A stretch of 64,000 nucleotides of DNA, taken from positions 1,248,001 to 1,312,000 of the forward strand of contig CP136572.1 of assembly GCA_035193785.1 (NCBI GenBank). The letters run 5' to 3'. Positions 56,879 to 64,000 of the stretch are shown in pieces. A program made the translations under genes and the position numbers. Within the stretch, counting starts at the first letter, position 1, and each line of letters begins with the position of its first letter. Origin of the DNA: Planktothrix sp. GU0601_MAG3 (GTDB lineage Bacteria; Cyanobacteriota; Cyanobacteriia; Cyanobacteriales; Microcoleaceae). The notes under the pieces are model-generated. The model was not told the DNA's origin. It searched no databases and worked only from the letters and a program-made list of their open reading frames with translations.

Positions 56879-57604
56879 TTGTCTACCAGCCCATTACAAG
56901 AGATAAAATTTCAACTCAACTCAGGTTGTCCTAGATGGTTTTTGATGTGTGAGCACCATTTTCCGTAAATCAAAGGCTACAAGCATCCTCAGACTCACGG
57001 ATGGGTTTGTAGACAAACGGTATGGACTTGATGATATTTCAACTCAATGGGGTGAGGGCGTCAAGTCGAATGGGAATCTATTGCAGCCAATACCCTTTTT
57101 ATTTGAGAGAGAATTTGAGTTAACACGCAGCAAAGATCAATCTAAAGGCAGCTTAACCTAAAATTTGAAACTGTTCTTGAATTGGCTATCAATTCAGTCA
57201 TTTTTAAGGAAAAGTGGGTGATTGCAAAAGACCGCTTGAAATCTTTTAAATCTGCCTGCCATAATTAACATAGACTCGCATATCTCGATTGATCAATAAC
57301 TCAGACGTGACTTGTCCGTAGTGTCCATGTTTGTCCAACTAACCCATCAGGGGTTCACAGGAAAGCCATCAGGGAAGTTGGTCAGTCTGGGAGTTTTGCT
57401 ATCGGGTGCATCTTTTATTTTCCTCAATAGACTATTACTATATTTAATCATAGCCTATCGGGTTAGTCCCTTTTTCGTCTTAATTGATACTTTGTAAAAG
57501 TTGATGTTTAGGATGGGGGGGTGCTGACCCGGATTTTTATTACTAATTATTCTAATATTTATTGATTTCATGGAATAATAACTTCCAAGGTTGAGGATGC
57601 ACTT

Positions 57605-58720
57605 ATGCGGCTACAGGCTTTGGATGTATTTCGGGGAATTGCGATCGCCAGTATGATATTAGTCAATAATCCGGGTAGTTGGGATTATGTCTATCCTTGG
57701 CTGGATCATGCCGAATGGAATGGTTGTACTCCGACGGATTTAGTATTTCCCTTTTTTCTATTTATTGTCGGGGTAGCCATGGCTTTTTCTTTGTCTAAAT
57801 ATACCCAAGAATATCGAGCACCGGAAACGATTGTTCCTAAATCGATTTATCTACAAATTGCTCGACGATCTGGGATATTATTTTTATTGGGATTACTCCT
57901 AAATGGATTTCCCTATTATAACCTCGCCGACATTAGAATTATGGGGGTTTTACAACGGATTGGGGTGGCTTATTTTTTGGCTGCGATCGCAATTTTTCAC
58001 CTCTCCAAAAAAGGATTATGGCTACTTAGTGGTGGTATTCTATTAAGCTATTATCTCCTAATGCAATTTGTTTTTGTTCCGGGTTATGGCATCGGAAACC
58101 TCACCCCGGAAGGAAATTTTGCCGCCTATATTGATCGCCTAATTTTAGGTCAACAACATTTGTGGAAAGGGGGATTTTATGATCCCGAAGGACTGTTTAG
58201 TACCTTTCCCGCCATCGTTACCGTTTTAGGTGGATATTTAACCGGAAATTGGCTTAGAAAACAACCAATTAGAACCGATACCAGTGCTAGTTTAGTCGTA
58301 TTTGGAATTAGTTGTTTTGTAATTGGTTATTTATGGGGAGAATTGTTTCCCCTAAATAAATCCCTGTGGACAAGTTCCTTTGTTATCGTTACCGTTGGCT
58401 GGTCATTACTTTTGTTAGCTTGCTGTTATGAAACCATAGAAGTCCGCCGATGGACAAAATGGGGATTTCCCTTTAAAGTTATGGGATTAAACGCCTTAAC
58501 AATATTTGTGGCTTCTGGTTTTGTGGGCAGAATTTTGAATTTAATTAAAATTGGCGATTCCCCTCAAGCTCCCAGCGCGAAAACTTGGCTGTATGAAACC
58601 CTATTCCAGTCGGGGTTCGGGGCGATGAATGGATCTCTAGCCTTTGCGATCGCTACCCTGTTATTTTGGTGGTTGGTTTCCTATTTGATGTATCGTCAGG
58701 AATGGTTTGTGAAAGTTTGA
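57605..58720 (+). CDS. Heparan-alpha-glucosaminide N-acetyltransferase-like membrane protein
   Basis: RLQALDVFRG, HAEWNG.T.TDLVFPFF, GVLQRI, DPEG, NKSLWTSSF. Confidence 0.9.
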   Translation: MRLQALDVFRGIAIASMILVNNPGSWDYVYPWLDHAEWNGCTPTDLVFPFFLFIVGVAMAFSLSKYTQEYRAPETIVPKSIYLQIARRSGILFLLGLLLNGFPYYNLADIRIMGVLQRIGVAYFLAAIAIFHLSKKGLWLLSGGILLSYYLLMQFVFVPGYGIGNLTPEGNFAAYIDRLILGQQHLWKGGFYDPEGLFSTFPAIVTVLGGYLTGNWLRKQPIRTDTSASLVVFGISCFVIGYLWGELFPLNKSLWTSSFVIVTVGWSLLLLACCYETIEVRRWTKWGFPFKVMGLNALTIFVASGFVGRILNLIKIGDSPQAPSAKTWLYETLFQSGFGAMNGSLAFAIATLLFWWLVSYLMYRQEWFVKV

Positions 58721-58770
58721 AACCCGAAATCGCTACAATATCAGAGAATGACCATTAGCAGCAAAATGTT

Positions 58771-59374
58771 ATGATCCCAACCGTTATTGAACAATCGGGT
58801 CGTGGCGAAAGAGCCTTTGATATCTATTCTCGGCTATTACGCGATCGAATTATTTTCCTCGGACAACAGGTAACAGCAGATTTAGCTAACTTAATTGTGG
58901 CCCAGATGCTGTTCCTCGATGCTGAAGACCCGGAAAAAGATATCTACCTCTATATCAACTCCCCAGGAGGTTCGGTGTCGGCGGGTTTAGGGATTTTTGA
59001 CACCATGAAACCACATCCGCCCCGATGTTTCTACTATTTGTTTGGGGTTAGCCGCTAGTATGGGGGCGTTTCTGTTGAGTGCGGGGGCCAAGGGTAAACG
59101 GATGAGTCTTCCCCACTCGCGGATTATGATCCACCAACCATTAGGGGGCGCCCAAGGACAGGCGACGGATATTGAGATTCAGGCCAGGGAAATTTTGTAT
59201 CTGAAAAAACGCCTGAATCAACATTTAGCCGACCACACCGGTCAGCCCCTATCCCGGATTGAAGACGACACCGAACGGGATTTCTTTATGTCGGCGGAAG
59301 AATCCATGCAGTACGGTTTAATTGACCAAGTAATTAACCGTCGTCCCTCGGTTTCTAATCCGGTTGTGAGTTAA
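58771..59374 (+). CDS. clpP: ATP-dependent Clp protease proteolytic subunit (one indel ~59008)
   Basis: [38 protein letters not shown]. Confidence 0.96.
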
Positions 59375-59440
59375 TCAATTTTCAAGTTGTCCTCCCGTCT
59401 GGGAGGCACTGTTCACCAGTCCAACTTCTAAAATCAAGCG

Positions 59441-59468
59441 GTAGGGGCGAATGGCCATTCGCCCCTAC
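59441..59468. repeat. Perfect 28-bp GTAG-type REP palindrome, followed by STRRs to ~59530
   Basis: GTAGGGGCGAATGG-CCATTCGCCCCTAC. Confidence 0.85.
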
Positions 59469-59534
59469 CAATTCCCGATTCCCGATTCCCGCCTCCCCGC
59501 CTCCCCCGCTCCCCCCGCCTCCCCTGCTCCCTAG

Positions 59535-61058
59535 CTACTGAACTAACCACAACGTATCCAAATAATTAATCCGGGCGGAGGGACTCAAGGCGGTTAAGAC
59601 CTGTTCTCCGTAACTCCGATGTAAGACCCGACTATCAAATAGGGCGACAACCCCCTGACTATCCCGTACCGTGGCAACGGCTCGTTGGAGTTCACTTAAT
59701 GCTTTTGGTAATAAATAAAACCGGAACCAATCCCGATGTTGTTGTTTATAGTAGGCGACCTGTCCAGCAACTAAAGGATCTTCTAAAGAAGGAATAGGTA
59801 AGGTGGCGATCGCTAATAAATGGGGAGAAGGTAAACGGCCTTGATGTTCTCGCCAAAATTCCCAACCCGTTACTAGAACTGCATTTTCCGGCAAATTCGT
59901 GGTTTCTACCCGTACCCGAGAACCAAATTCCGCCGCCATTGCCGTACTCACTTGGGCTTTCAACGGAACATCCCCGACTAATATAACACTGAATCCTCGA
60001 ACCAGTAAACTCATAGATAAAATAGTGTAAAGCTCTTTAATCAAAGTCGATTGATACTGGGGAGTATTGGGTAAAGGAAAACCCGAGGGGATATAAAGTT
60101 GGATCAGTTGGCTTTGTCGATCCGGGGTAAATTTTACCCCCGTAATTTCTCCGAGTCCCACCCCTTGGCGATAAATCGGAGCCTGTTTGTCTAAATCTAA
60201 AGCCCCTCCAATCAAAACCACGGGCTGTTGGGGCCAAAGGGGACTTAACTCCGATGCCACATCCACCGGCCCACAAAACAGAGAAAAGGTTCCCAATGTC
60301 CGATCCACCACCACCCATTTTAGCTGTCCCGGTCGTTGCCAACGTTGCCAAAACCTCTGCCATTCAGACAACTGGGGATCAACAAGTCCATACAATTGTT
60401 CAATTATTTCCTGTTCTGGACTGTCTAAAACATAACACTGATAGGGATTGGGGGGATGTTGGAATAAAATCCGAGTTAGGTGTATGCGGGTGTCTCGAAT
60501 GGTTTCCCCCTGTTGGGGTTGCTGCTGCATCAAATCATTCCAGTCCTGGGGATGCAAACTAACCGTTAGGGTTTGGCGTGTCCAGGTTTCCAAATCATCA
60601 ACCCCATCAATCACCGTCAGAATTTGCTCAGGAAAGCGGTGATCCTCCCGGAAGCGACTGGATAACCAGGCTGAAGGCGTTGTTAATAAAACCCCCGAAA
60701 AGCTATCATCGGGCCAGGAATCCCCTCGAAGAATGGGTTTATTAGTAATCAGGTCAGGATGGTTGAGGGTTTCTGGGTTAATCCAGGGTTGCAAATTCAG
60801 TCGTTGGAGTTCGTCCAAAATCCCATCGGGTGCTACCACAATTACTGGTTGGTGCCAGACTAATAACGGTATCCAGTAACTCAACCGATAGGAATGATGA
60901 TAGTGGCTGGGGGGAATCCCCGTTTGAATTAAAGCATCCCGTCCCAAACGTAACGCCCGAGCCACTAGGCGGGCCATGGTCAGGTGATGGGGCCATAGGG
61001 CTTCGGTTTGGGACTTGAGCAGGTTTCGCAGTAAATTATGGACTTCAACTTCTATCAA
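59535..61058 (-). CDS. DinG-like helicase C-terminal-domain protein (cyanobacterial)
   Basis: MIEVEVH..LR, WPHHLTMARLVARALR, LPIPSLEDPLV, LFDSRVLHRSYG. No canonical Walker A seen. Confidence 0.85.
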   Translation of the reverse strand: MIEVEVHNLLRNLLKSQTEALWPHHLTMARLVARALRLGRDALIQTGIPPSHYHHSYRLSYWIPLLVWHQPVIVVAPDGILDELQRLNLQPWINPETLNHPDLITNKPILRGDSWPDDSFSGVLLTTPSAWLSSRFREDHRFPEQILTVIDGVDDLETWTRQTLTVSLHPQDWNDLMQQQPQQGETIRDTRIHLTRILFQHPPNPYQCYVLDSPEQEIIEQLYGLVDPQLSEWQRFWQRWQRPGQLKWVVVDRTLGTFSLFCGPVDVASELSPLWPQQPVVLIGGALDLDKQAPIYRQGVGLGEITGVKFTPDRQSQLIQLYIPSGFPLPNTPQYQSTLIKELYTILSMSLLVRGFSVILVGDVPLKAQVSTAMAAEFGSRVRVETTNLPENAVLVTGWEFWREHQGRLPSPHLLAIATLPIPSLEDPLVAGQVAYYKQQHRDWFRFYLLPKALSELQRAVATVRDSQGVVALFDSRVLHRSYGEQVLTALSPSARINYLDTLWLVQ

Positions 61059-61077
61059 ATTCGTTCAGAAACATAGC

Positions 61078-61218
61078 GGGGAATGGGGAGTAGGGGAGGT
61101 AGGGGGAGCAGGGGGAGCAGGGGGAGTAGGGGAGCAGGGGAAGCAGGGGAGGCAGGGGGAGCAGGGGGAGTAGGGGGAGTAGGGGAGCAGGGGAGCAGGG
61201 GAGGCAGGGGGAGCAGGG
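61078..61218. repeat. STRR array (GGGGAGCAG)n
   Basis: Tandem 8-9-mers. Confidence 0.9.
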
Positions 61219-61547
61219 CAGGACTGTTTTAAAGTCAGGTTAAAAAGAGTAAAGAAAGAGCGATCGCAACCTGATAAACTAGAGAGCGATCGCCATTTTT
61301 TTCTAAAATAAAGATGCTAACAAGTTTAATAGAAAATTTAAAAGAAGTCAAGGATTTCCGAAAAAGTTAGGGAAAAAGGTATAGCTTATGGTAAGTGCTA
61401 TTAGTAGTAGTTTTCCGGGTAATGTCAGGGCATCAAGGATATCGAGAGATCGAATATTTTGTTAAAGCCAACGAAGTTATCCTGAAAAGAACATTCAATA
61501 TCTATTATAGATACTCATTTATAATTTTCAAACAGGAAACGGCCCTG
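61219..61547 (+). mobile_element. Internally deleted ISAs1-family element (transposase relic with both ends)
   Basis: Imperfect TIRs CAGGACTGTTT / AAACGGCCCTG. From 61314 it reads MLTSLIENLKEVKDFRKS*GKRYSLW*VLLVVV...GYREIEYFVK, an ISAs1 transposase N-terminus with two stops. Confidence 0.8.
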
Positions 61548-61559
61548 CCCCCTGCTCCT

Positions 61560-64000
61560 CTACTCCCCCTGCTCCCGATAAAGTTTCTCAAACGCATCAT
61601 ACATTTCCCTTGCTAATTTTTTAGGATTCCATAATGGAGCTAAGGAATTCTGGTTTTGAGATTGAACTAAATGGGATTTAATTTGATAACGTAAATTAGC
61701 ATCTAAACCTAGTTTAATCCCTAATTCCGTATATTCTTCCCAAGTCCAAGCCGCACCAATATCAAGATTAACGGCTTTTAAAAACGAGTAACCCATGCGA
61801 GATAAATATTGTTCTCCAGCCCGAGTTATTATTGGTAAATTAGCCGATAGAGCTTCTAAATTATGGGTTCCTCCATTATAGGGATAGGAGTCTAATAGGG
61901 CATCCGCTACATAATAAATCGCTCGATGTTCTTCTTCAGTTTTGGTTAACCCAATAAAAATCACTCGACCTTGATCAACATTCTGTTTAATACAAACTTG
62001 GTGATAAAGTTCTCGAATTAAATTATTATCTCCTTGACCTTTCCTAAGTAATACACTATTGGGAACTCCTTGGAGAATTTTAACCTGAGCTTCAATCATT
62101 TCTAAGTTGGTTTTTCGCCCCGGAGCCACACATAAATAAACTATTTGATCCGGCTGAATATTTAAACCTTTTCTCACAGCATTTCTATCCACAGGACGGC
62201 TTTTAAAAGGTTCTAAAGCGACGGAAGTATTCGGTAAACGAATTAACTTTTCTAAATAATGTTTTTCAATCCCTGGGGGATGGCTATATTGATCACAAAA
62301 GAAATAGTTATCCGGTGAAACATAAGGCGCATCAAACCCCAACCAAGACACACAAACCGGGGCAGGTCTACGATAGAATATCTGAACATTGGTAGGCACG
62401 GTCATGGAGTCCAAATCCACTAAAACATCTAACCGATCTTTGAGAATTTCTGCGGTTAATTCTTCTGGGGAACCAAACCCATTAGGAAAGGATTTTGGCC
62501 AGTAGAATTTCGCCGCTATTTGTTCAAATCTTTGGGTAACTTCATCCGTTGGTAACTGTCCGGTTACATAAATATAAATATGGGGAGAAATTAGGGACAA
62601 TTCTTTGATTAAGTTTTCACTGCACCAGCCCACAGAATGCCGTCGAAAGTGTTTAGAAATCAAGCCAATTCTCAGGGGTTTTGAACTCGTTTTTTCGGGA
62701 ATAATGGCGTACTGGGGCGAGGAGACACCACTGAAGCGATGTTTGGCATATTGTTGGGCAATTAAGCGATATAATTTGGCATTAGCTTCTAAATCATCCC
62801 GCAGGTGGGAAACCGTAAATAGGAGAATTTCATAGAGAATAATTACTTCTGAAAGCTCTAATTTATCGGGATCTTGATAACAGATTTTTTCTAATTCTAT
62901 GAGTTTTTCTAGCGCCTGTTGACAAGCTCCCGATTGACTATAGGCAAAAATATAGGCAATTGCCGATAAAACCGGAACTTGATCCCCACATTTCTGACAA
63001 TATAAATCCGACATTTCTCGAGCTTTTGCTAAATTGGTGGAATGGCTGAGTAAATCACACAATTGTTGATAGGCTTCGACAAAATTCGGTTTCAGTTTCA
63101 ATCGCTTTTTCTAAATTAATTAGGGCTTCTGAAGGTTGATCATGTTTGCGAATATGGGCTAATCGACAATGAAGTTCTGCCCAATCTGGTTGTAAAGCTA
63201 GGGCCTGTTCAAAGTTTTGAATTGCGGCTCCTACGTCCCCAATCCTAGCATAAATATTCGCAATATTGGCATAACTATCAATAGAATCGGGTTTAAGTTT
63301 GATCGATTGTTGATAGTGATAAATAGCCTGTTCCGATTCCCCTTTATTCGAGAAAATATGACCAAGATAGAGATGGGGCTGGGGTAAATCGGGCTTAATT
63401 TCAATGGCTTTTTGATAATATTGAATCGCCTCTTGTTCTTGTCCTTGTTGCGATCGCACACTTGCTAGATTAGCATAGACTTCTGCCCACTGGGGTTTTA
63501 AAGCGATCGCCCGTTGATAATTTTTAGCTGCTTCATCCCAAAGACTGCGACGGGCTAAACTATTGCCAAATTCAAAGTTAAATTCGGCTTCCACTAAATT
63601 CGGTTGTAATTCTAAGGCTTTTTGCCAAGCGGCAATAGATTCATCAACCCGACCTACGGTTTGAAAAACCTTGCCTAAATTCCAGTAAACCGCCGCCAAA
63701 TTAGGATTAAGTTCTAAGGCTTTTTGATAACTCAAAATTGCCTGTTCCCACCGTTGCATTTTAAACAACATGGTTCCCACATTGGCATGGATTTCGGCAA
63801 AATCTGGTTGCAGTTCTAAGGCTTGAAAATAAGCCCGTAATGCCGCTTCTATTTTGCCTTGGAATTGCAGAATATTACCCAGGGTTAAATAGGCGGGTAA
63901 GTAATCCGGTTGTAATTTTAAGGCTTGATGACAAGCGACGAGTGCTTGATCATAAAACCCTTGCCCCATAAGAACTTCAGCTTGTTGTTTATAGTGTTGA
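61560..64000 (-). CDS. TPR-repeat O-GlcNAc transferase (SPINDLY/GT41)-like protein; start beyond the right edge, one indel ~63095
   Basis: Multiple TPRs, LRIGLISKHFRRHSVG, RRPAPVCVSWLG, LDSYPYNGGT..LEAL. Confidence 0.92.

Overview
Chromosomal window from a filamentous cyanobacterium, most likely Planktothrix or a close Oscillatoriales relative. This is inferred from HIP1 octamers (GCGATCGC), heptamer/nonamer STRR arrays, psbU/psbV/petE and hetZ-patU. Most of it is core genome: dnaK, amt, btpA, pyrH-frr, nadB, psbU, petE, psbV, accD, pilD, hypF, clpP, two bilin-photoreceptor histidine kinases and an amidase. About 15 genes, including essential ones, are split by single-base indels, which points to assembly error rather than pseudogenisation. 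The most notable part is an accessory island at about 7.8-12.8 kb. A wHTH-NB-ARC gene with no sensor repeats is transcribed divergently from a tightly coupled three-gene operon. The operon encodes a membrane-anchor/coiled-coil protein, a divergent Rubisco-activase-family AAA+ ATPase without an RbcS-like domain, and a 181-aa protein resembling bacterial HORMA domains. No CD-NTase is present. A WD40 relic, a truncated xisH-xisI pair and a 4 x 206-bp BIME-like array follow. Other items of note are a solitary 37-bp CRISPR-type repeat, an in-frame 24-bp double-hairpin insertion in a HIP1 site inside hypF, an internally deleted ISAs1 element, an NtcA box before amt and a small secreted peptide. All family assignments come from motif recognition by eye; no database searches were run.
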